Positions 25,401-38,160 of a DNA stretch of 64,000 nucleotides are shown piece by piece. Position 1 is the first letter of the stretch; every line of letters starts with the position of its first letter. The notes under the pieces are model-generated. The model did no database searches, was not told the DNA's origin, and saw only the letters and a program-made list of their open reading frames with translations. This stretch comes from Octopus bimaculoides (Eukaryota). The stretch is from assembly GCF_001194135.2 (NCBI RefSeq), contig NC_069007.1, positions 1,579,729 to 1,643,728 on the forward strand, written 5' to 3'. The translations under genes and the position numbers were made by a program.

Positions 25401-27529
25401 TCACGGTACATATTTTGTACTCTATGTTCGCCATCTCATCCGGGCAGACATTCTTAGAACTGCCTGCACGAATGTCAAGCAGTATGGCATGTCGCTTCTA
25501 AATTTCTAGCAGAGTGAATTGACTCACGGCACTGTTTTTCTCACAGACGGTGCCCAGTTGACTCTATTATACTGTTAGTCGACAAAATCCAATACTAATA
25601 ATTTGTATTACCCCCATTCTTATAATTAGAACGAGTTTAAAACATTGTATTGATATATATATATATATATATATATTCCTTTCTCAGACTGGAACGAACA
25701 CGACACAATGAAGTAGAGAAATTTGAAAAGACAACACGAAACCGGTTATTTCTCAAAATACAATGTTTATATACCAAAAAGATTTTCTAACATTTTTCTA
25801 ACATTTTTCTTACATTTTTCTGACATAATTTAAATATATACTTTAACCATGTAACACAAGCCTTCTGTTGTTTTTTGACTCNNNNNNNNNNNNNNNNNNN
25901 NNNNNNNNNNNNNNNNNNNNNNNNNNNNNNNNNNNNNNNNNNNNNNNNNNNNNNNNNNNNNNNNNATACATACATACATATACATGTATACATACACATA
26001 TTCTTTTAGTTCTCGTCTACCAAACTAATAAATTTACTCACATGGCTACACCGGCGCCTATATATATATAATATTTGGGATTAATGGGTATATGTCGATT
26101 GGTGTGTTGGAGTGCTTCGGCACATTTTGGGCTACCTGGTGCCATTCGCAGTCGGAGTATATTGCCGTTGGATCTACTTCACGACCTTCGCAGTGTTAGA
26201 AGAGATAATAATAATTGATGAAGTAAGCAAAAAATAGATTTAGTATTAATCTTTATTTTGTACACTGATCGTATCGACCCACCCTGCTACTATCCCTTAT
26301 GTGTGGGACTCCGTTGAACATGTGTTGCATCTATTATGCTACATCCTTACATTAAGTGGTATTTCGCTAAATATCCTGAGTTTTGGTTGTCATGTGCCCG
26401 ACCAGTTTGAGAATGCAGCATTGCAACAATTTCCATTACTATTAACTTTCCATAACAAAAACGGTAAACATTTGTAAATATAAGCAAATAACAGTTGATC
26501 AGAAAGAAAGAAAAAAAGCAATTTTGCAGGGGAAGTGAATAGAAGATGGACAGGGAGGGATTGAGTTACAGCAGGTTTAAAATAAAGAAATGGTATTCGA
26601 GAGAGGAAAAGATATACATGCAGGTTAAAGTGTCTAGGGGAGGACGAAATGTTCTTATGCTTTCTAGCCTCGGTCGGGATACGTATAGGCACATCCCACA
26701 CACACCTACCCGTACATACACCCACATACAGACTTGGAAATCTAAAAGTACTTCCGTATCTAGACGGGCATATAACATGACAGCCTATATATCAATACAA
26801 TGTTTTAAACTCGTTCTAATTATAAGAATGGGGGTAATACAAATTATTAGTATTACTTTCCACTTTATCGGGTACGCTGCAGGACATTTCTAAATCATAG
26901 GAGATTTCTCCAAGATTTACATCCGAACGAGTTGGAAAAACTATTTATTTTTACTTTTTATTACTATTTGTTTGTTTACGGTATTACCCGGATCTCTTTC
27001 TGCTTTTCTTTATTCTCACATATTATTTTATACAGATTACTGTTGATTCAGTTGTTGTTGTTGCCAATGTTGTTGCTGTTGTTGTTGTTTGTAGTGGTGG
27101 TGGCGGTGGTGTGTTATTTACAATAGCTGTCATTGTTTTCTAATTTCCTGTTCAATATTTGCTATCGTTGTATATATTAAGGCCAATTTACTGCGCTAAT
27201 TTACAGTTCGTTATGTCTCTGCATAATGTATAATTCTGTTAGCGAGAAGTTTTTTTCTTTCTTTCAATATTGGTTTTTATTTTACTGTTTGAATTTCGTG
27301 GATTAAGTTTGTGATCAATGTTCATGTTGGTTTCTTTCTCCTTCTTCTTTTTTTCGGTGTGATTATGTCTGGTTATGTCTAAGTATACATCTATGTCTGC
27401 ATCTGTATGTGTGTGTTTGTGTTTGTGCACATGTGTATAAGTGTGCGCGTATGCCATTTTGTGCCTGTGTGTGATTGTTTTTGTGTCTGTCTGGGTGTCA
27501 AATTTTGCGTGTTTTGTTGTTCATCATTT

Positions 27530-27895
27530 CTTCTCTTCATTTTTGTCCGTCCTTCACGTCTCCGACTTTATAGTCATCGTTATCATCATCGTCGTTGTTA
27601 CTGTCGCCTGCGACTTATCCTCCCTTCCCCTTTTTTTCCTTTCCCCTCTCCTCCTCCTTCTTTCTCTCATCATCTTCTTCTCCTTCTTCTGCTTCCCCTT
27701 CTTCTTCTTTCCAACTTCTTCTCTCCTTCTTCTTCCCCTTCTCCTTCAACTCCTAACTGTAACCCTAACCCTCTTTCTCTTCCTCATACACCTCGTTCTC
27801 CTTCTTCTTCTTCTTCCTCTTCTTCTTCTTCTTCTTCTCCTTCTTCTCCTTCCTTTTCTTCTTCGTCTTCTTCTTCTTCTCCTTCCTCTTCTTCA
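27530..27895. repeat. Pyrimidine-rich (TCT/TCC)n low-complexity tract
   Basis: Direct reading. Confidence 0.9.
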
Positions 27896-27900
27896 GCATA

Positions 27901-27972
27901 GTTCAAATTCCACCAACGTCAGCTTTGCCTTTCGTACTTTCGTGGTCAACGAAATCTGTACCAGTTACACCA
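27901..27972 (+). mobile_element. SINE family B core fragment
   Basis: GTTCAAATTCC…GTCAGCTTTGCCTTTCGTACTTTCGTGGTCAA…GTACCAGTTAC. Confidence 0.6.
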
Positions 27973-28274
27973 GACCTCCACCCACCTAAATGGAAAAAAG
28001 AATATTGTGGCCTTGTGCCTATTAAACAAATGAGCATTAGTCATATTATTATCAACGTGTAGCTTTGACTGCCGTCAAAAATAATGGTATTAAAGAAACT
28101 TATACTGGCATTTAATAAATGCTTCGACATGTCATACATTTCATATATTAGATATAGATATGCGCAGTAAGAATATTTAAACTTCTACGAAAAACACGAT
28201 AAAGGAATCGTCCGAAGAATAATACATTCAAGGTAAAGAAAATGTATATACATTGGTATAATATCTTGCGTAGC

Positions 28275-28326
28275 AAGGCAGCGAGCTGGCAGAAACGTTA
28301 GCACGGCGGGTGAAATGCTTAGCGGC
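28275..28326 (+). mobile_element. SINE family B head fragment
   Basis: AAGGCAGCGAGCTGGCAGAAACGTTAGCACGGCGGGTGAAATGCTTAGCGG. Confidence 0.75.
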
Positions 28327-28343
28327 ATATGTGTATATATATA

Positions 28344-29676
28344 TCACAACCCCTCAATGAACATATATAAGAAATACAAGATAATCCTTCAAACATAAGG
28401 AATAAAAATATATAAAAATAACGCAAGAAAATAATGTAAATAAAAGAATAAGAAATGTATAAGAATTACGATGCAAGAAATAGAACATATAATATAAAAT
28501 TTTATACACGAATATATTGTTTCAACCGATAGCATACAAAATAAATTGAAAATAATAAATTTGAGTTAAAGGTATAACACAATACACATATATATCATTT
28601 CATAGAAGTTCCGAATCAAGTTGAAGTTCATATTAATACGATTAAAAATTCAAATATATAATATATAATATAGATCGAAATAAAATAAGACAAAGAAATG
28701 AGATACAATAAAGTAATAAAAATAAATATAAAAACAATAGATAGTAACAAGTGTATTAGTTTGCATTAGGATGGTTTGAAACCTCGAAGATTGGTTTTGA
28801 TACTACAGCCTGTTTGACTATTCTAAAATAGCTCTTTTTTTCTCTCCATTATTTGCATAGGCTCGTCTAAAGCTGGTCTATATTGATTATATCAATTTGC
28901 TCTTACAAAAAAAAAAATTTTTTTCCCTTTGTGAATGTCTTGACATTTGTGTGTAATTTTTAACATGACATCACCAGTTTGCACTCTTTTGTGTTTAGAA
29001 TACAGTGGTGTACCCGCGAAATGGCCATAGGTGTTGTATTTGTATTTTAACCCATGTTTTTTGTGAACTCTTGTAAATGGTGGTTGAAATGGATTTTACC
29101 GATTGATACCTACTGGGTGCTGTATTTGTCTTTTGACACGTGTTTTGTGAACTTTTGGACATGGTGACCAGAATAAAATTTTACATGCTTTTACCTGCTG
29201 GGTGCCTGTATTCACCTTTGACACTTTTGTGAACTCTTGTGTATACCTAACTGATACGGATTTACCTATTGATGTCAACTGGTTTTAAATTATATAATAT
29301 ACCCGAGGTAAGTACAGAACTTTATATTTTAACTCTAAATAGTGTTAAATCACTTTAAAGCTTTCTCATTGATTTTCAACCGATAGACTACATTATTGTA
29401 CCTCATTTCTTTATCTTATTTTATATCGATATTGTTTTATATCTTATTTTATATCGGTTATATATTTGAATTTTTAATCGTATTAATATTAACTACAACT
29501 TGATTCGGAACTTCTATAAAATGATATATATGTGTATTATATTTCTTGCATCTCACTTCTTACATTTCTTATTCTTTTATTTACTTTATTTTCTTACGTT
29601 ATTTTTATATCTTTTTATTCCTTATGTTTGATGGATTATGTTGTATTTCTGATATATGTTCATTGAGGGGTTGTGA
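28344..29676. repeat. Long inverted-repeat structure (arms 28344-28712 and 29393-29676)
   Basis: Reverse complement of the right arm (TCACAACCCCTCAATGAACATATAT…AGAAGTTCCGAATCAAGTTG…AAAGAAATGAG) aligns to the left arm, which carries about 85 extra bp. Confidence 0.9.
29030..29242. repeat. Three degenerate 82-84-bp tandem units
   Basis: TTGTGAACT recurs at 29061, 29145 and 29227, each preceded by GGTG(C/T)..GTATT. Confidence 0.7.
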
Positions 29677-29861
29677 AATGTTGAGTCGTTAACCCAGCGT
29701 TTTTATTCTATAACTAATATTTTACTCGTCTCAATTGTTCTGAGCACTTCTCTTTGCAGCCCTGTATAAAAACTATTAGTTTCCTAATAAGAAACTATTA
29801 ATATATATATATATTATGTGTGTGTGTGTAAAATGAAAATAAGCAACAAGGATATGCAGAG

Positions 29862-30251
29862 GTTGTTGTTGTTGTTGTTTTGTTGGCACTCCGTCGCTTA
29901 AGACGTCGAGGGTTCCAGTTGATCCGATCAACGGAACAGCCTGCTCGTGAAATTAACGTGCAAGTGGCTGAGCACTCCACAGACACGTGTACGCTTAACG
30001 TAGTTCTCGGGGATATTCAGCGTGACACAAAGTGTGACAAGGCTGACCCTTTGAAATACAGGTACAACAGAAACAGGAAGTAAGAGTGAGAGAAAGTGGT
30101 GGTGGAAGAGTACAGCAGGGTTCGCCACCATCCCCTGCCGGAGCCTCGTGGAGCTTTAGGTGTTTTCGCTCAATAAACACTCACAACGCCCTGTCTGGGA
30201 ATCGAAACCGCGATCCTATGACCGTGAGTCCGCTGCCCTAACCACTGGGCC
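29862..30251 (-). mobile_element. Near full-length SINE family A with (CAA)n tail
   Basis: Reverse complement closely matches 2385-2769. Tail is (GTT)n at 29862-29884. Confidence 0.85.
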
Positions 30252-30305
30252 AAAATTTAACCACACACAAACACGCATTCATCCACATACACCCCCCCAC
30301 GCGCG

Positions 30306-30339
<34 letters not shown>

Positions 30340-31269
30340 ATATATATTCCTTTTTCTGTCTGATTATAATTGTTGCGATACCAAATTGCAGCCGGAGTTT
30401 CTGCTCACATTTTCAGTTAGAAATATTCTACTATTTGTGCCACCATCTTTTCTCAGTAGTTCTTTCATGCAACACTTCCGGACAGTCTCATTCCATATTT
30501 CCTTCATCTAAGAATTAACTTAATTACTTGCAGCAAATAAGGAACCGTGCTACCAAATCAGTAAGACATCTTAGTTTCTTAATCTTCGCCTTTGCAGCCC
30601 GTTTCGCTCTGTTTGCCATTTCACAACAGACATTTGAACTCGTGACTTGCCGATTGTAAATCTATATTTATTGTAAAGTATTAAGTTAAGAAAAATCTTT
30701 CTGCCAACATTTATTACTGTTTTACTTCTCTCAAACTTGATTGATTATAAATTACGTTAGGCATGCAAATTATAAATATTTTTGGTCACAGTGCCATAAG
30801 ATGAGTTTCCAATTTCAGAAAATATTGGCAGAAAACCAAAAATACTCTTAGAAATGAAGGATAAAGTATGAGAGCGTTAACAGACAAGCGGTTATAAATT
30901 GGCCGTTCGTTGAATACTTTAAATTTCCAATTATTCAACCGCTCTTTGGTTCGGCATTCCAAACGGAAGGCAAAATGTCGTATATGAAAGTAGATATCAT
31001 ATTTTGCATGATAATATTTAAAATTTTGTATTGTCAGTAAATAAATGGCTATCAAATTTCTACATGTTTATAATCCGATATTCCTTGTATAATTCTACAT
31101 GAATCATTCGCATCTAATTATTAATCGAAACTGTATAGAGCGCCATATGAATTTATTTGGCCAAGTTCCATGGCGAGTCTATTAGGGTCAGTTTAAAATT
31201 TAACTACATAGTGTAGGATCTTTTAAGAAAATTTACAAAGCTTATTAGCTGATTACTTTTGGGGAAATC

Positions 31270-31415
31270 GGCAGAGACATCCATAGAGGTGACAGCTGGA
31301 GGTGGAAAGAAATAGAGAGGCAAACGGGAGAAGGAGCTGTTGGAAGGACTTGAAAGAGATGAGGGTCTCCTGGAAAGAAGGATTCAATGTGGTTCAAAAT
31401 GGTTTGAGTGGATTG
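31270..31415 (+). mobile_element. Possible RTE-like LINE ORF C-terminal remnant
   Basis: Translation …KDLKEMRVSWKEGFNVVQN… weakly resembles RTE C-termini. Confidence 0.25.
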
Positions 31416-31808
31416 AGATAACTCCCTGAGATTCAGCATTAGCTGAATTCTTGTAAGAAATTTGCTGCCATTAAATTACAAGTTAATTTTAAAAGTGCAA
31501 TATTTGAATAAACTGTTGTTGACTGGCCTCACAGATTTACCATGAATAGAAATGCATATGCTTCCGAGCTGATGAAACCTGAATACGATCAAAACATGTG
31601 ATGGGTTCCCTCATTTGATCGACTCCTGTAGATAACTCACCTTAATTTTACATTGTAATTAAACAAACAGCAAGTCTTCATAAGATGTTGAACGTATATA
31701 ATCTTGATTTCATTTCTAGAGAATCGCCATATAATTATTAAATAGATGTTAATTAACTAAACATATAAATGTGCAATTCAGTTTGGTATATAAGTATATG
31801 TGTGTATT

Positions 31809-31859
<51 letters not shown>

Positions 31860-31944
31860 GTATATATATTTCACCAAGTTGAACCATCATCCCTAGACAT
31901 TTTTTCTCCGCTCTTTTTAATTGTCTCTCATTTTCCCCTCTTAA

Positions 31945-32030
31945 TAGTTTCGGTCGAAGTGCGTAAGCTCGAAACGTAAAAGATGTTTTCAATCTTCCCC
32001 AGTGTTAAAATAATACATCTGCTTCTTGAT
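31945..32030 (+). mobile_element. Family E unit with hammerhead-like motif
   Basis: TTT-CGGTCGA-A-GTGC-GTAA-GCTC-GAAAC-GTA-AAA. Downstream sequence aligns to 19997-20040. Confidence 0.45.
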
Positions 32031-32174
32031 GCGAACAAACTGATTTTTATGATCTCATTATATACAAAGCAATCCTATTTCTCGTAATAGATTTGGCAGC
32101 TGCTTCATTTTTTAAAAAAAGAAGGCTTTAACGATTTTAGAAGAGAAAATTTAATATTTTCTCCTACAGCAACG

Positions 32175-32390
32175 AGTAGGTTAACTCAATCCTCCTTTTC
32201 GCTAAAAGGCCAGCAATTTTGATGGATAGGTACATCATTTTCATCGATTCTATTACTCAACTGGTATTACCGGTCCTGCAAAGACAATCGGCAAAAACGA
32301 CATCAGCGATGGTATAAACCGAGTGTAAAATGTAAGAAATGTCACTGAGCATTCTGTCCACCATGCCAACGATTCTGTTAGCTCAGCACT
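32175..32390 (-). mobile_element. Highly degenerate SINE family B
   Basis: AACGATTCTGTTAGCTC (head) and CAACTGGTA…GGCAAA (core) in reverse orientation. Confidence 0.5.
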
Positions 32391-33756
32391 GTATGAAATT
32401 CGACTCTGGGACTAATATTTTCGGAAGAAACCTTTGTCACTGACAACGATGGGGGAGGGAAATAGAGAGAAAGATGAATTAACTCCTGCTGTTAAATGAT
32501 AACTGAATTTATGATATGAGACGTAAATGAGGCAATTCATTACGACGATCAGTGGTTTCATCTCGCTCACAGAATTTTGAACAGAGAAAACATTGCGGAA
32601 CTGCAATGGGTAGGAATTTGGTAGGGTCGGTCTCAATCGGTTGTGTGATTGTAGCGTTGTTTAATTTGTAGCTTATTTGGGTTTTAATAAATAATGCGTA
32701 GGGGAGGATAAATTTCCTTGATGTTTAGCAACTTTGAAACACAAGAAGTTTATTAAATATGTGGCCCTAACGTATTGTTCAATATCTGAAACGAAAATTA
32801 GATTCTTCTAACAAATCTGAATAATTTCAAAGCAACAGAAATATTTATTAACAATGCTTATAAGCCAATAGTTTCATATGTTCTGTGATTCGGCACTTTT
32901 AAGATTAGCCTTCTACTCCCTTAAGTATTTCTGAAGATAGAATTGCGAACACGGTCGCTTGCACAAGCACAAACGTATACACACACACACACACACTCAC
33001 ATAGATACAGAGCCACACGGTCACATAGATACACACAAACGCACACATGTTCACAAACCAATCACAAATACACGTGCGCGAAAAAAAAAACTGAATATCT
33101 ACATCGTTCGGAGTAGATTCAATTAATCAAAATGATCGAACGATTAGTTAGAGAAAGTTGATAGACCCCATGTGTAATCTTTTACATAATGACCTGAAAC
33201 AGACGTATTCCATTAATGCAGTGATTTGCTCCCCTGGTTCCCATTCACTGATATATTGCAGTTTATCAGTACTTAACGGACAGACTTTAAAATCGCACCA
33301 TTTTAGTTGTAGAGAAATACATAAGTGATGTGTAATAGAATAGCAACTGTTTTGCAGCTTCGATAAGTTCAGCTGCTATCTATTAGTTTTCAGACAATAG
33401 TGGACAATTTCATGGTCAGTATGGTTTCGCATAAATAGTTTAGGTAGCCTTAAATCGTTTCGTCTCGTTATGTATTCAATCGAAAGCTTTCTACGGGCCG
33501 TGTAGTGTTTCTTTCTATCCTTTTTTTTTTTTTTGCTTTTTTGTTTTTATTTTAGTATTAACTCATGTCACATGTATAAACTCGCACGTACAGGTACGGA
33601 TAGACATAAAGGCAGACAAATGCATACACAAACTTACACTAAGTATATTACCAAGGCGCAGGTGACTGCACTTGTTTTCATCCATATCTGTATGCTTGTG
33701 TCTGTGTAAAAATTAGAACCGTCATATCAGCAGACACACACTCACTCACACACACT

Positions 33757-33792
<36 letters not shown>

Positions 33793-33962
33793 TACACACA
33801 CTCACACACACACTTAAACACACTCAAGCACACACCTATGTGAAAGAAGGTATGTGCATCAATATATGTGTGCCCGTGTCTCTATATAGGAATGTGTAAA
33901 CGTGAATATATTTATTATCGTTACATATATATATATGTGAGTGCGTGCGTCTGTGTGTGTTT

Positions 33963-34226
33963 GTTAGGGCAGTAGACTCACGGTCGTAGGATCACTGTTT
34001 CAATTACCAGACCGGTCGTTGTGGATATTTATTGATCGAAAACACCCAAAGCTCCACGAGGCTCCGGCAGGGGTGGGGCGGTGAAGCCTGCTGTACCCAT
34101 TCCCCACAACCTTCCCTCGCTCTTTCTCTCTGATTCTGTTGTACCCGTATTTCATTGGGCCAGCCTTGTTACACTCCGTGTCACGCTGAATCTCCCCGAG
34201 AACTATGTTTAGGATACACGTGTCTG
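33963..34226 (+). mobile_element. SINE family A, truncated at both ends
   Basis: GTTAGGGCAGTAGACTCACGGTCGTAGG…AAAGCTCCACGAGGCTCCGGCAGGGG…GTGTCACGCTGAATCTCCCCGAGAAC. Confidence 0.8.
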
Positions 34227-34456
34227 ACGCACACAGACATATGCCCACACTGTAGTAGACCATCTGTAGTTGACCCCCATCACACGAAAGGTCTTCAAAA
34301 TTTGCTGAAACAAATACATCATTCTATACTTTTGCTAACCACTGAATGATAACACAATCGTGGGATTGGTTTCCCACAAATTCCTATTTACTTCAATGGT
34401 TTCTTTCAGAGATCGTTGTAGAATTGTAAGATATGTGGTTCATAAATGAAATATGC

Positions 34457-34505
<49 letters not shown>

Positions 34506-35126
34506 TGTGTGTGTATGCGCGCGTTTCTGTCTGTATTACATGCATTCATTTCATTACGATAATTAAATGCCAATCAAACAATAATTAAAATAAACTGTGA
34601 AATTTGATGTATGTTAGGTCTAGTAGATCTTGCTGCCACATCTTCCCCGAAGTACGGCCTAATGGTTCATGCATGTTTATGCTTATAAATAATAGTTGGA
34701 CGTTTCTACATCGTAGACGGCCCTGTAAGAAGGTCTGTAAATAAATAATAAGGGTGAAAATGTGAATATTAATTTGTTTAATATCAATTTAAAACCAGTG
34801 GCCTAGCAAATTGAAAAAATCTGAAGATTCAGAAAAATTTGACCACTAAGTGGACATCCCTTTTGCTAGAAGACAACCTACGGTCTTACCACTAAGAAAA
34901 GATTATATATATTTATAGGCATGTAAATTTGCCAGAATCTCCCTGATTGTGTACATATAAATCATAAAGTTTGCCTCTATATATATCACGAAATTTTTCC
35001 TAGCATAGTATTGTTCGCCTGGCAAATAATTAAATCGCTCCTTTTTTTCTCTCTTCTACATAGCATTATATAGCTAATGAATTAATAGAACTTTTTATAT
35101 ATATATGACGCATAGACTCACCTAGT

Positions 35127-35221
<95 letters not shown>

Positions 35222-36103
35222 TATGTATATAAATATATGCAAAGATGTGTATGTATATAGTTCTTTTATGGATATCATAAACGACAATCGGAAAGTTATC
35301 CGCTTAATGTGTAACTAGTTACTATGCTTACTTCCATCTCTCAGTACTTGAAAGAAGGAATCAACATGTAATATGCAATAGTATAGTGCTAAAATAATGC
35401 ATTAACAAGATTTGTACATTATTATATGTGATACCATAAAAATCGAAGCAGGCGACTATCAGTACTTCAATAATGCGTATTTATTTTTTCTTAAATACGG
35501 ATTATTTAAGATTTGAAACGAAAGTGTATTTCTAATTAATTTCAAAGGATTTTCTGCGAGTGAAAATAAACCCACAAATAACAAGATTTAGTTAATATGT
35601 TTACATATCTAAACCAATAAATGTTTCCTTTACGCGTTATCTGATATTCACTAGCAAACACAATGCGTAAATTTATGTATATACATGTGCAAATTCATAC
35701 CTGTATACACTCACCAACACACAGAAATATGTATGTATGCCTGTATATGCTTGCATGCCTCTACGTGTATATGTATATATATGTACATACATACATACGC
35801 ATATATATATATATATATATATGTACATATACATGTGCATATATATAGATATGGATACATATGTATTTATGACATAAATTTTATATTTATATATAAGCAT
35901 ATATTTATATATATATTCATATTTAAATACACCATATATGAATGTGTGTATATATGTATATTTGTGTATAAGTACAGATATATTTACATATATATATATT
36001 TATATAATTACATAAAAATATGTCAATATATATATATGTGTGTTTGTGTGTGTAAATATATATATATATATATGTATATATTTACATATACACATATTCA
36101 TAA

Positions 36104-36155
<52 letters not shown>

Positions 36156-36842
36156 ACATCATGTTTGTATGCGTGTGCCGGAAAATATATTTTGCGGCAA
36201 TTCAGAGAGAGTATTGAAGTTCGCACTTCATAAATATAGAGTATGTATACTAAATCTAAAAAGAGGAAAGAAAAGAAATATCGCCATCAACATTTTTAAT
36301 TGATAAACTATTCTTGCATTTTTCTAAGTACAAAATAATTGAGAAAGCTACGTTTGTGCCCCTAACAGTATTAAATAATTTATAATTAATCATTGTTAAT
36401 AGTTGTATAATAATAATAATAATAACAATAATAAAACTACTACTGGTAATAATAATAACAACAACAACAACCTCAATGGCAATAATACTACTAATAATAA
36501 TACAAGCACATTTCACTGTGAAATACGAATTCTCCAATTATACCATTCGACTGTAGTTCTTACCACAAAAATATTAATATTAATTATTATTATTATTATT
36601 ATTTTATAATTCTTCACAAAGGTACGTAGAGAATACAAAGAGCACAACGCGGTTGCAATAGATGTTTTATTGGTTGAACGATATTTTGACAGCTCGCCTG
36701 TGTTTGTCGACTTCAAAATGAAAAGTGAAACATATAAATTCAAAATTATAGAAATTCAACCCATAATGTGAACGAGAGAAAGCAGCGTATGAAAACCCGT
36801 GCTAAAACTGCTGCCTTCGATATTCTTACTGACAAAAGGTAA

Positions 36843-36986
36843 GAACCCCTCCAACCCAATCGCAAATACCCAAACAGAGCTAAAAATGCCAATGTTGGCA
36901 ATGCCATCAGCCATCAATGGTTAGTGTCTTCTGGCTTAAAATCAGAAACAGAAAGGTTTATCGTAGCAGACCAAGATCAATACCTA
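36843..36986 (+). mobile_element. R4/Dong-like retrotransposon post-RT fragment
   Basis: Translation EPLQPNRKYPNRAKNANVGNAISHQWLVSSGLKSETERFIVADQDQYL matches the WL…L..ETE….A.QDQ motif of R4-clade ORFs. Confidence 0.75.
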
Positions 36987-37668
36987 TTATTCAAACCTTG
37001 ACGAATTCCTCTCAACATATAAGAAATATCACACAAGATTGACATTGAGGGGTACTATAGTTTTCTTGACGTATCTTACTGAAATATTTAAATTCTAAGT
37101 GAAGTAGATAGGTTATTTACAAATTAATGGGCAAAGAAGGAAAATTAAGAAAAATTTCCTACGTTAATGTGTACGAACGTTCTGCAGTTAATAATCATAA
37201 ACGATTAAATCTGGAATATGCTGAAGTTAACATGTAATAAATGGGGAAAAAATATGATAACAATTTAGATTTTAAATATATCGGCTAATGTGAAAGGAAT
37301 GCGGCATGATAAAATCCTTTGTTAATGATAATAAGAAGTTAATGAATAAAGAATAACCAGGCGAAAATTCTTAAGTTAGCATGTAATAAACGAGAGAAAA
37401 CTGTAAATGATAATAATAATAATAAATAATGGTAATAAGAATTGTTTACGTTAACTTGTAATAAATGAGGTAAGAAATGTAATCAGAATTTAAAATTTAA
37501 AAGCATTCTATAATTTTAAAGAAATCAGGTAATATAAGCCATTTGTTATAAATGATAGGAGTAAGAAGAGGAATGGTAAATAATGGAGGGCTATACAAGA
37601 ATGATGATGATGATGATGATGATGACGATATGATAATAATAATAATAGTAATAATAATAATAATAATA

Positions 37669-37997
37669 GATGACAACGTTTCCCTAAAAGAAATGGAGAA
37701 CATTTCAAAATACAAAGACCTGGAAATAGAGGTAACTCGAATGTGGAATCTAAAAAGAGAAACAATTCCTATCATAGTGGGCGCCTTAGGTATAATAAAA
37801 AAATATTCAGACAAATGCATAACAAAAATACCAGGACTTACAAATATATATAACATACAGAAAATTGCACTACTGGACACTACACACTTTCAATATAGTA
37901 ACCATAAGAGCATCACAGCAAACCACAGTACATACCCAAGGCACACAGAGCTGCGCTCGATAGTGAAGTGAAAGCACGTTATAAAAATAAAACTACT
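37669..37997 (+). mobile_element. 3' end of R4/Dong-like retrotransposon (restriction-like endonuclease C-terminus plus 3' UTR) within (TAA)n
   Basis: ORF 37552-37971 contains DDNVSLKEMENISKYKDLEIEVTRMWNLKRETIPIIVGALG (K..KY..L and P.IVGALG motifs). (TAA)n tracts flank both sides. Confidence 0.85.
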
Positions 37998-38054
37998 TGA
38001 TGATAATAATAATAATAATAATAATAATAGGAATGTAGCTGGAAAGGAATTTAA

Positions 38055-38160
38055 AAGTATCAGAAGAATACTAACATGTAACAAATTGCGTCACCTCAAA
38101 GCTGATGTTGATGTATTTACGATAATCAAACTTGGCTGAGAGGCAATGCCGCCTCAAATG
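38055..38160 (+). mobile_element. Additional decayed R4/Dong-like fragment
   Basis: RILTCNKLRHLKADVD(fs)IY resembles the HP.ADV.RLY motif. Confidence 0.4.

Noticed and set aside
29030-29242. C2H2 zinc-finger array (84-bp period, RVH-like triplets on the minus strand)
   Set aside because: No Cys-x2-Cys pairs or TGEKP linkers, and the period is inconsistent (84 then 82).
31569-31600. CTGATGA…AAAACATGT hammerhead-like string
   Set aside because: G12 is missing, position 17 is G, and there is no stem I.
36513-36743. GIY-YIG remnant (ELSKY)
   Set aside because: Only a 5-residue match, and the surrounding motifs are not in frame.
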